NCBI GenBank assembly: GCA_016302065.1
Contig: JAEDOI010000003.1
Span: 1 to 56,899 of the forward strand
Reading direction: 5' to 3'
Length of the DNA: 56,899 nt
Source: Bacilli bacterium
Lineage (GTDB): Bacteria; Bacillota_I; Bacilli_A; RFN20; CAG-826
A program made the position numbers and the translations under genes. Every line of letters starts with the position of its first letter. The first letter of the stretch is position 1. The notes beneath the pieces are model-generated. The model was not told where the DNA came from. It did not search any database and saw only the letters and a list, made by a program, of their open reading frames with translations. This document shows positions 49,427-56,899 of the stretch, piece after piece.

Positions 49427-50851
49427 ATGAATTTTGAAGCTGTTATTGGTCTTGAAATCCATGTTGAGATGAAAACTAAATCAAAGATGTTTTCAAGTGC
49501 CCCAATTGATTTTAAAGCAGAACCAAATACTTTAGTAGCTCCATTAGATATGGCTTTTCCTGGTACTATGCCAATTGTAAATAAAGAAGCCGTAAGAAAT
49601 GCAATTAGAGTTGCTCATGCACTTCATATGCAAATTGATCATGAATTATGGTTTGATAGGAAAAACTATTTTTATAGTGATTTACCAAAAGGATATCAAA
49701 TTACTCAGCAAGATAGACCAATTGGTAAAGAAGGTTATTTAGAGATTGAAGTTAACGGAATAAAGAAGAAATGTGAAATAGAAAGAATTCATATGGAAGA
49801 AGATACATGTATGCAACACCATTTTTCTTCTTATTCTCTTCTTGATTACAATAGAGCTGGAATACCATTAATTGAAATTGTTTCAAAACCTGTTTTAAGA
49901 AGCGGTTTAGAAGCAAGAAAATATGTAGAAAAGATAAGGGAAATAGTTACTTTTGCTAATGTAAGTGATGGTAAAATGGAAGAAGGAAGTCTTAGATGTG
50001 ATGTTAATATTTCTATCCGTCCATATGGTGTGGAAACTTTTGGTACAAAGGTAGAAATTAAAAATTTAAATTCACTTGCTCACATTGAAAAAGCTATTGA
50101 TTTTGAGACTAAGAGACAATCAGAATTATTGCTTTTAGGAAAGAAAGTTCAACAAGAAACTAGAAGATTTGATGAAGCAAAAAAAGAAACTGTTTTAATG
50201 CGTGTTAAAACTGAGGCTGCAGATTATAAATATTTTGTTGAGCCTAATATTCCTCCAATCAAAATTAGTGATGAATTTATTAATAATGCAATAGAAACAT
50301 GTCCTGAATTATATGATGAAAAGTTAGAAAGGTTTTTAAATAATTATTCATTAAATTTAACTGATGCTAAAATTATTTTATCTAATGTTGACTATGCAAA
50401 CTATTATGATTCATGCGCAAAATATACATCAAATTATCAAAATTTAGCTAATTTCTTTATTAGTTCAATACTTGGATATTTAAACAAAGCTATGATTGAT
50501 ATTAAAGATTTTAATGTTGATCCTAAATATATTTCTGAGCTTGTAGATTTATTAAAGAGTAAAGAAATTAATTCAACACAAGGTGCTGACATTTTTGCAA
50601 AATTAATAAAAGAAAATCGCTCCCCTTTAAAGATTAAAGAAGAAACTGGAGCAACATTAATAAGTGATGAAGATAAAATTAGGCAATTAGTTTTAGAAGT
50701 TATTTCACTCAATCCAACTTTACCTAGTGATTTCAAAGCAGGAAAAACTAGAGCTCAAGGTTTTGTTATGGGCCAAATTATGAGAAAAACTGGTGGAAAA
50801 ATAAATCCTGCTATTGCTAATAAAATTATAGTTGAAGAATTAAATAAGTAA
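49427..50851 (+). CDS. gatB: Asp/Glu-tRNA amidotransferase subunit B
   Basis: MNFEAVIGLEIHVE..., NRAG.PLIEIV, C-terminal YqeY-like tail. The ATG at 49427 follows an AAGGAGGG SD. The tracked ORF opens at GTG 49397. Confidence 0.95.
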   Translation: MNFEAVIGLEIHVEMKTKSKMFSSAPIDFKAEPNTLVAPLDMAFPGTMPIVNKEAVRNAIRVAHALHMQIDHELWFDRKNYFYSDLPKGYQITQQDRPIGKEGYLEIEVNGIKKKCEIERIHMEEDTCMQHHFSSYSLLDYNRAGIPLIEIVSKPVLRSGLEARKYVEKIREIVTFANVSDGKMEEGSLRCDVNISIRPYGVETFGTKVEIKNLNSLAHIEKAIDFETKRQSELLLLGKKVQQETRRFDEAKKETVLMRVKTEAADYKYFVEPNIPPIKISDEFINNAIETCPELYDEKLERFLNNYSLNLTDAKIILSNVDYANYYDSCAKYTSNYQNLANFFISSILGYLNKAMIDIKDFNVDPKYISELVDLLKSKEINSTQGADIFAKLIKENRSPLKIKEETGATLISDEDKIRQLVLEVISLNPTLPSDFKAGKTRAQGFVMGQIMRKTGGKINPAIANKIIVEELNK

Positions 50852-50955
50852 GGAAAACATATACTTTTTTATAAAATTTCATTTATTCATTTTTGATATT
50901 GAAAAATTAATAATATTTTAAAAATCATTATGATTTACTAAATTATTTTTATATG

Positions 50956-50972
50956 TTAGTATTCAATACTAG
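50956..50972. promoter_or_regulatory. Palindrome TTAGTATTCAATACTAG upstream of degV (candidate operator)
   Basis: Perfect 7-bp inverted repeat TAGTATT-C-AATACTA, 67 nt upstream of the degV ATG. Confidence 0.35.
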
Positions 50973-51038
50973 ATTTAAACGTCTATTTATTTTTTTGATT
51001 ATTCGAACATTTTATATATATTTTTAAAGGAGGCTTAT

Positions 51039-51869
51039 ATGAAGTATAAAATTATTGTTGATAGTTCCTCAAATTTAACAAAGGATTACTTAGTAGATGA
51101 TGAAATTGGTTTTGACGTTGCACCTTTAACGTTAAATATTGCAGGAAAAGAGTATGTTGATGATGAAGTCGATAAAGCTGATGAAGTATTAGAAGCATTA
51201 AATTCTACAAAAGAAAAGGCAACTTCAAGTTGCCCTTCAACAGGCGTCTATTTAGAGATGATGAGTGGAGCAACTTATTATATTGTTATTACTTTAACTG
51301 AAAAGTTAAGTGGTTCTTATAATAGTGCTTTAGTTGCTAAATCAATGCATACGACTCCAAATAACGTTTTTGTTCTTGACTCAAAGCTTGTTTGTGGAGC
51401 ACTAAGAATATTAGTTAATAAAGCGGTTGAGTTAATTAAAAGTGGTCTAAGTTTCGAAGAGATTCAAAAACAATTAACTATTGAAAGAGATAATGGTAAT
51501 TTACTATTTGTTCTTGATAAGTTTGATAACTTTATTAAAAGTGGAAGAATTAATAAATTAGTTGGCTTTTTAGCATCAAAATTAGCTATTAAACCTCTTT
51601 GTTATGGAGATAATGGAGAAATTAAAATTATGGCTAAGATTAGAACTTTTCCAGGTGTTATTAAAAAATTAGTTGTTGAAATTGGTTCTTTATGTAAAGA
51701 AACTAAAGACCGTATTTGTGTTATTTCTCATACTTGTAATGAAAAATTTGCTAATGTATTAAAAGAATTAATCAGTAAAGCTTATCATTTTAAGGAAGTT
51801 ATAATTGAGAAAAATAGGGCTTTATGTTCATTCTATGCTTTAGAGGGTGGGATTATAGTCTCTTTTTAA
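51039..51869 (+). CDS. DegV-family fatty-acid-binding protein
   Basis: KIIVDSSSNL start and the usual DegV length and layout. AAAGGAGG SD. Confidence 0.8.
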   Translation: MKYKIIVDSSSNLTKDYLVDDEIGFDVAPLTLNIAGKEYVDDEVDKADEVLEALNSTKEKATSSCPSTGVYLEMMSGATYYIVITLTEKLSGSYNSALVAKSMHTTPNNVFVLDSKLVCGALRILVNKAVELIKSGLSFEEIQKQLTIERDNGNLLFVLDKFDNFIKSGRINKLVGFLASKLAIKPLCYGDNGEIKIMAKIRTFPGVIKKLVVEIGSLCKETKDRICVISHTCNEKFANVLKELISKAYHFKEVIIEKNRALCSFYALEGGIIVSF

Positions 51870-51932
51870 AATTTAATTGATTTTTTAAATATAATGATTT
51901 ATTATAAATCATTGACAAAGGAGGAAAGACTT

Positions 51933-52232
51933 ATGCTTCAATGGTATGATTATGTTTTCTGGGTAATTGCTGTCATTATCATTGTTTTAAGTTTACTTCA
52001 AGGAGGTAAATCTGAAGGTGCTTCTGGTGCTATTACTGGTGGCGGTCTTAACGTCTTTGTTAAAACCAAAGAAAGAGGGAGTGAACTTATTGTCAGTTAT
52101 TTGACCCTTGGATTTGGTATTTTGTTTTTATTCTTTGCTCTTTTAAGTGTCTCATTAATTAGTAAAGATAGTGCTTCCACAGAAGAGACAACTGAAGCGG
52201 CAATTAGAATAATAAACACCTTTAATTTATAA
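51933..52232 (+). CDS. secG: preprotein translocase subunit SecG
   Basis: VIIIVLSLLQGGKSEGASGAITGGG is the SecG signature. The ATG at 51933 follows an AAGGAGG SD. The tracked ORF opens at 51894. Confidence 0.8.
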   Translation: MLQWYDYVFWVIAVIIIVLSLLQGGKSEGASGAITGGGLNVFVKTKERGSELIVSYLTLGFGILFLFFALLSVSLISKDSASTEETTEAAIRIINTFNL

Positions 52233-52237
52233 AATAT

Positions 52238-52262
52238 GGCTTCTAGATGAAGCCTTTTTTTA
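52238..52262 (+). terminator. Rho-independent terminator after secG
   Basis: GGCTTC/GAAGCC stem, TAGAT loop, T7 run. Confidence 0.8.
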
Positions 52263-52315
52263 TGGAAATATTTACATAATTTTTCAATATGTTTCATATC
52301 TTTTTTTATTTGTTT

Positions 52316-52324
52316 TGATATAAT
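52316..52324 (+). promoter_or_regulatory. Extended -10 promoter (TGATATAAT) abutting the folD start
   Basis: Perfect TGnTATAAT. The ATG at 52331 lies 7 nt after the last T. No SD. An in-frame TGA at 52316 prevents any longer ORF. Confidence 0.6.
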
Positions 52325-52330
52325 AAAATT

Positions 52331-53137
52331 ATGCAAGAAATTAGGGAATATGTAACAATAAAAAAAGAACAAATTAAAGCTTATGTAGGCACTTTAACTT
52401 TAAAACCAAAGCTTGTTATTGTTCAAGTAAATGAAGACAAGGCCAGTTGTGCCTACGTTAATGGAAAATTAAAAGATTTGAATGAAATTGGAGCTATTGG
52501 GGAGTTAATTAAACTTGATACTAGCATAACTCAAGAAGAACTTTTAAATGTTATTAAGGGATTAAATGAGGATGAAACAGTTGATGGGTTTATTGTTCAA
52601 ATGCCTCTTCCAAGTCAAATTGATGAAGAAATAATTAAAAGAAGTGTAGATCCAATAAAAGATGTTGATGGATTTAATCCATTAAGCACATATTTAAGTG
52701 CTACATCTAAAGGAATTTTGACTTATTTAGAAGATAATAATTTTGAATTTAGTGGTAAAAACGCTGTAATTTTAGGGAGAAGCAATATAGTCGGAAGGCC
52801 AATGCATGATATTTTATTAAATAAAAATATGAATGTTACTATCCTTCATTCAAAAACTAGTGAAGAAGATAGAAAATTTTATATTGAACATGCTTCCTTA
52901 ATTGTTGTAGCGATTGGAAAGAAATATTATCTTGATAATAGATATAATTATAGAGATGATTGTGTTGTAATGGATGTAGGAATTAATAGGGATATTGATA
53001 ATCATCTTTATGGAGATTGTATCCCTACATTAAATGTTAAATTTCAATCGCCTGTTCCTAGAGGTGTAGGATTGTTAACAAGATTATCATTAACTTTAAA
53101 TTTAATAGAATGTTATAAGAGAAGACATAATTTATAG
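52331..53137 (+). CDS. folD: bifunctional methylene-THF dehydrogenase / methenyl-THF cyclohydrolase
   Basis: KPKLVIVQVNEDKASCAYVNGKLK and AVILGRSNIVGRPM. 268 aa, lacking the usual N-terminal I-DGK segment. Confidence 0.85.
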   Translation: MQEIREYVTIKKEQIKAYVGTLTLKPKLVIVQVNEDKASCAYVNGKLKDLNEIGAIGELIKLDTSITQEELLNVIKGLNEDETVDGFIVQMPLPSQIDEEIIKRSVDPIKDVDGFNPLSTYLSATSKGILTYLEDNNFEFSGKNAVILGRSNIVGRPMHDILLNKNMNVTILHSKTSEEDRKFYIEHASLIVVAIGKKYYLDNRYNYRDDCVVMDVGINRDIDNHLYGDCIPTLNVKFQSPVPRGVGLLTRLSLTLNLIECYKRRHNL

Positions 53138-53152
53138 AAGGGAGAATAATAT

Positions 53153-53758
53153 ATGGATTTTCATATTGGAAAAACAGAAGTATATGGTGTTGAATATGCA
53201 ATTAAAGCAAGTGGTAATCCAATGAGAACCACTTTTAATCGTGACCCATTAACTGAAAAAGATATGTCAAGAGCCACTCTTTTAGGAAGTTGTAAAAGCG
53301 GGGAAGGACATGATAATTATTTGAAAGGATGTGTCGTTGAATTTGATATTACTGCTCCTTTATTTTGGTGGAAAGAAGCTCAAAGATATCATTGGTTTGA
53401 TTTTGTTTCTTCTCAATCTACTATGCATTGTTTATTAAAATTTGATCTTTCTAATCAATGTGTAAGTGATACAAATAAGGAAATTGTAGCAATTTTAGAA
53501 AGAATTAAGGATGAATATAATGCAATAAGCGAAGATGATAAAGATGCTAAAAAAGCTAAATGGAGAGAACTTGTTGCTTCAACTCCTGTTGGTTTTTGTT
53601 TAGGTGCTACCATGGTAACTAATTATCAACAACTTAAAACAATGTATAAACAAAGAAGATATCATAAATTAAAAGAATGGCATGTATTTTGTGATTGGGT
53701 AGAAACTCTTCCTCATTTCTTAGAATTAACTGGTGTAAAAAAAGAAGAAAACAAATAA
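53153..53758 (+). CDS. ThyX-fold-like protein with a degenerate active-site motif (function unknown)
   Basis: GHDNYLKGCVVEFDITAPLFWWKEAQRYHWFDFVSSQSTMH is collinear with the ThyX segment GHE.P.EH..F.F.i.aP.fv.rq..RHR..S....S.RY. GGGAG SD 15 nt after the folD stop. Confidence 0.45.
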   Translation: MDFHIGKTEVYGVEYAIKASGNPMRTTFNRDPLTEKDMSRATLLGSCKSGEGHDNYLKGCVVEFDITAPLFWWKEAQRYHWFDFVSSQSTMHCLLKFDLSNQCVSDTNKEIVAILERIKDEYNAISEDDKDAKKAKWRELVASTPVGFCLGATMVTNYQQLKTMYKQRRYHKLKEWHVFCDWVETLPHFLELTGVKKEENK

Positions 53759-53778
53759 TTAAATTAGTTATTAGTAAT

Positions 53779-53809
53779 AAAAAACATATGATTTCTCATA
53801 TGTTTTTTT
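53779..53809. terminator. Bidirectional terminator
   Basis: AAAAACATATGA/TCATATGTTTTT stem with a TTTC loop, between convergent genes. Confidence 0.8.
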
Positions 53810-53831
53810 GTTATTAGATTTAATTAGCAGG

Positions 53832-54611
53832 TTATTCGTTTGCTTCTTCTTTTTCTTTGCTTTCTTCTTTGTTTTTCTTTTTCTTAGATTTCTTCTTATT
53901 TTCTTCTACTACAACTTCTTTTGTTTCAATAGCAATAACTTCTTCTTTATTTTCATTTTCTTTTGTTTCAACACTAATATCTTCAACTATATCCTTTTCT
54001 TTTTCTTTAATAAATTTAGTATAAAGAAAAGTAAAGACAATATAGGAAATTCCTAAAAGGATAAAGGAAACACCTATGATAACATTAATAAAGATATTCC
54101 CAAATGTATCTTTTTTGGTGAAGTTTAATACAAGAATTGTTATCCCTAAAGCAACTAAAATAATATCAGCAATTGTATAACAAACTGCTCTTTTGACAAT
54201 TTTATTTTTATAAGAAAGAATAGTATCAACAATTAAAGTTAATGATAAAAATAATAAAGTGGCACCAATTAAAACAGGTAATGTATCTTGTAATATTTTG
54301 CTATTTGTATAAATTAAGATACCAAATGCTGCAACAACACATCCTCCAATAACGTCAAAAGAAATAATTCCTTTTCCAAGTAAAAATGAAAGACAAACAG
54401 AAAATAAACCAAAAATTAATAAAACAGTAGCAACACAATATGAAATAGCATCACTCAAAGTTTCTTCTTTGCAAAAAATTAAGAAAATTACACCTAAAAT
54501 TGCAATAATAATACCACCAAAGGTTTTTATTGATTTTTCAATAATTTTCATTTTTTTATTTTGTTTTTCTTTTTCTTCTGTTGTTTCTAATTGTTTAATT
54601 TTTTCTTTCAT
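53832..54611 (-). CDS. polytopic membrane protein (HdeD/DUF308-like) with a Lys/Glu-rich C-terminal tail
   Basis: 259 aa, about 6 TMs, AGGAGGAAAG SD. The tail is EKEKD...KKKSKKKKNKEESKEKEE. Confidence 0.6.
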   Translation of the reverse strand: MKEKIKQLETTEEKEKQNKKMKIIEKSIKTFGGIIIAILGVIFLIFCKEETLSDAISYCVATVLLIFGLFSVCLSFLLGKGIISFDVIGGCVVAAFGILIYTNSKILQDTLPVLIGATLLFLSLTLIVDTILSYKNKIVKRAVCYTIADIILVALGITILVLNFTKKDTFGNIFINVIIGVSFILLGISYIVFTFLYTKFIKEKEKDIVEDISVETKENENKEEVIAIETKEVVVEENKKKSKKKKNKEESKEKEEANE

Positions 54612-54684
54612 AATCTTTCCTCCTATTTAGTATCTATATTATAATATAATAATATTTAATTAGATATTAAAAAGGTAGTAAGAA

Positions 54685-55914
54685 ATGGAAAAAGAAATAT
54701 TAATAAATTATGCAAAATTAATTGCAAAACATGGATTAAATGTTCAAAAAGGCCAAGATGTAGTATTAACTTGTTCGATGGATCAATTGGAATTTATTAA
54801 AATTTTGGTTGAACAATTGTATTTATGTGGAGCAAGAAAAGTTATTACAAATTTTAAAGATCCTGAAATTAAAAAATTAGATATTCAATATCAAGCTTTA
54901 GAAGATTTAATGACTCCTGAAAAATTTGAAATTGATCTTCAAGAACATATTGCGGAAAGACAAGCTTGTAGATTATTTATTGAATCTGATGACCCTGATG
55001 CTTTAAATGGAATTGATTTTGATAAATATTCAAAAGCGATGAATAATATTAGAAAAATATATAAGCCAATTAGAGATAAATATGATAATAAGGTTCAATG
55101 GTGTATTGCAGGAGTTCCAAGTGTAAAATGGGCAAAAAAAGTATTTCCTTCTTTAAATGAAGATGAAGCTGTTGAAGCTTTATGGAAAGCAATATTAAAA
55201 ACTAGTAGATCTCTTGAAGGGGATGCAATTAAAAACTTTGAGAGTCACGATAAAAATCTAAGATCAAGAGCTGAAACATTAAATAATTTGCATCTTAAAA
55301 AATTAATTTATAAATCTAAAAACGGAACTGATTTTAGTGTTGAATTATTAGAAAATGTTCTTTGGGCTGCTGGAGGAGAGTATGGACAAATAAGTAGAAT
55401 TTATTTCCAACCAAATATACCAACTGAAGAATGTTTTACTTCTCCTAAAAAAGATAGTGCTAATGGAGTTGTAGTTAGTACAAAACCATTAAGTTTAAAT
55501 GGACATTTAGTAGAAAATTTTAAAGTTTACTTTAAGGATGGAAAAGCTTATAAAGTTGAAGCTAAAACTGGACAAAAGATTTTAGAAGAATTAATTGCAA
55601 GTGATGAAGGCAGTGCATTTTTAGGTGAAGTTGCCTTAATTCCATTTCATTCTCCAATTAATGATACTGGATTAATATTTTATTCAACCCTTTATGATGA
55701 AAATGCAAGTTGCCATTTAGCTTTAGGCTGTGGGTTTGAAAATTTAATGGTTGGATATGAAAATATGACTTTAGACGAGGTTCATAAATTAGGAATAAAT
55801 GATTCAATTGTTCATTGTGATTTTATGATTGGAAGCGTAGATATGAACATTATAGGAATTGACAAAGATAATAAAGTACATCAAATTTTTATTAATGGAG
55901 ACTGGGCATTTTAA
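54685..55914 (+). CDS. pepS: aminopeptidase, M29 family (PepS/AmpS)
   Basis: N-terminal YAKLIAKHGLNVQKGQDV... and C-terminal HLALG...H.DF.IG layout of M29 peptidases. Confidence 0.8.
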   Translation: MEKEILINYAKLIAKHGLNVQKGQDVVLTCSMDQLEFIKILVEQLYLCGARKVITNFKDPEIKKLDIQYQALEDLMTPEKFEIDLQEHIAERQACRLFIESDDPDALNGIDFDKYSKAMNNIRKIYKPIRDKYDNKVQWCIAGVPSVKWAKKVFPSLNEDEAVEALWKAILKTSRSLEGDAIKNFESHDKNLRSRAETLNNLHLKKLIYKSKNGTDFSVELLENVLWAAGGEYGQISRIYFQPNIPTEECFTSPKKDSANGVVVSTKPLSLNGHLVENFKVYFKDGKAYKVEAKTGQKILEELIASDEGSAFLGEVALIPFHSPINDTGLIFYSTLYDENASCHLALGCGFENLMVGYENMTLDEVHKLGINDSIVHCDFMIGSVDMNIIGIDKDNKVHQIFINGDWAF

Positions 55915-56621
55915 TGTATACAAATACTTTTGAAGAATTTTTTAGAATAACTACTAACATGGTTGATGAAAACGATTATTTAAAATTATCATCCATTTTA
56001 GATATCGCTCAAAATATTGCTGGTGACCATGCAACTGAATTAAAAATAGGTTTTAATGAGTTTATTAAAAAAGATTTAATTTGGGTTCTTATTAGAAATA
56101 AAGTTGAGATTGTAAAAAATATTCATGATCCAAAAATTATTAAGGCCGTCACATATCCTTTAAAACCAAGATTTATTGAATATCCAAGAGAAGTTTTGCT
56201 TTATGTTAACGATGAACTCATATGTAAGATTCATCAAGTTTGGTGTATATATAATATAAAGGATAATAATGTAGTTTCTTATAAAATGGATGAATATGTT
56301 TCTAATCATCCTTCATTATTTGATGGTAGGGTTAAAAAGCTAACTACATCTAAAGATTTAACATATATAAAAAGTATTACAATTCCTTATACATATTGTG
56401 ATCATAATAAACATATGAATAATACTCATTATTTAGATTTATATTTAGATAATTATTTTGTTTTTAATAAAGTTAATATTAAATCATTTCAAATTGAGTA
56501 TCTTAAACAATCCTTTTTATTTGATCAAATAGATATATATGCAAAAAAAGAAATGTGTATACATAAGATGATAGGCAAAAAAGGAGATGATAATATCTTT
56601 TATCTCGAAGTTTATTACTAA
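55914..56621 (+). CDS. acyl-ACP thioesterase
   Basis: LSSILDIAQNIAGDHATELKIG...LIWVLIRNKVEI and a C-terminal hotdog repeat with HMNNTHY. Confidence 0.7.
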   Translation: MYTNTFEEFFRITTNMVDENDYLKLSSILDIAQNIAGDHATELKIGFNEFIKKDLIWVLIRNKVEIVKNIHDPKIIKAVTYPLKPRFIEYPREVLLYVNDELICKIHQVWCIYNIKDNNVVSYKMDEYVSNHPSLFDGRVKKLTTSKDLTYIKSITIPYTYCDHNKHMNNTHYLDLYLDNYFVFNKVNIKSFQIEYLKQSFLFDQIDIYAKKEMCIHKMIGKKGDDNIFYLEVYY

Positions 56622-56667
56622 ATATATTATATATATTTAAATATTTGTAAATTATGTAATTTTCCTC

Positions 56668-56696
56668 TTGAAAAATAATTTATCTTTCGATAATAT
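56668..56696 (+). promoter_or_regulatory. rRNA operon promoter P1 (TTGAAA-17-TAATAT)
   Basis: Exact 17-nt spacing. Upstream of the rrn-type leader. Confidence 0.5.
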
Positions 56697-56768
56697 ATAT
56701 ACACTTGCTTTTTAATATAGATAAAAAATGCTGTATTAAAAAACTTTGGATAAAAGTTAAGTTTTCTC

Positions 56769-56797
56769 TTGACTCATATATCTAGCAAGTGTAAAAT
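56769..56797 (+). promoter_or_regulatory. rRNA operon promoter P2 (TTGACT-17-TAAAAT)
   Basis: Near-consensus -35, 17-nt spacer, -10 TAAAAT. Confidence 0.6.
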
Positions 56798-56850
56798 TAT
56801 AAACGCGCATTTAAGAAATGACTTAAATTGGTTAGATCCAAAGCGCAAGA

Positions 56851-56867
56851 GATCTTTGAAAACTAAA
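56851..56867 (+). promoter_or_regulatory. boxA-like antitermination element of an rRNA leader (GATCTTTGAAAACTAAA)
   Basis: The TCTTTGAAAACTAAA motif is typical of Firmicute 16S leaders. The window ends before the 16S gene. Confidence 0.55.
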
Positions 56868-56899
56868 TAGACTGTACAATTAATTACGTCAATTTATTA

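Noticed and set aside
50437-50736. 99-aa minus-strand ORF inside gatB
   Set aside because: Antisense to the conserved GatB C-terminal domain.
52097-52372. 91-aa minus-strand ORF
   Set aside because: It spans the secG 3' end, its terminator and the folD promoter and start. Spurious.
53808-54056. 82-aa Phe-rich + strand ORF
   Set aside because: It is the antisense reading of the Lys/Glu-rich tail (GAA/AAG repeats) of the 259-aa membrane protein and begins inside the bidirectional terminator.

Overview
This is a very AT-rich, gene-dense chromosomal window with most genes on the + strand. It uses the standard genetic code: TGA acts as a stop in the ATGA overlaps at 4581-4584 and 10877-10880, so this is not Mycoplasma code 4. 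The gene content suggests a low-GC, host-associated anaerobic Firmicute or Tenericute-like organism (Acholeplasma, RF39 or Erysipelotrichia type); this is a guess from content only.

The window opens in the 3' end of a tRNA and closes in the promoter and leader of an rRNA operon. In between are:
- A divergent PucR regulator next to a KdgT-type permease and alsD.
- A partial Leloir set (AKR, galM, galK, with galE separate).
- hpt and tRNA-Gln(CUG).
- A roughly 11.7 kb co-directional block: a membrane protein I read as a doubly degenerate GGDEF-EAL, then proS, an anchored alpha/beta hydrolase, and four consecutive lipoproteins, one a 1104-aa BspA-type LRR protein.
- An nfeD-SPFH operon and an orphan OmpR/KdpE-type response regulator.
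- rex-adhE, an [FeFe]-hydrogenase-like gene, speB and ung.
- A TPP riboswitch in front of thiT-like and thiamine pyrophosphokinase genes.
- tsaE-tsaB-rimI-tsaD, asnS, pcrA-ligA-gatCAB, degV, secG, folD with a ThyX-like gene, pepS and an acyl-ACP thioesterase.

I see no transposase, integrase, phage gene, CRISPR array or recognisable defence system, so most of this is core genome.

The observations most worth following up are:
1. A catalytically degenerate ThyX-fold protein that appears co-transcribed with folD.
2. The degenerate GGDEF-EAL membrane protein at the head of the surface-lipoprotein block.
3. Two perfect-consensus cre boxes upstream of an untracked 51-aa ORF with a strong SD.
4. Three genes whose ATG lies 7-10 nt after a perfect TGnTATAAT with no SD, which makes them leaderless candidates.
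5. An [FeFe]-hydrogenase with non-canonical H-cluster motifs.
6. alsD paired with a permease but no alsS.

All family calls come from motif recognition by eye. No searches were run.
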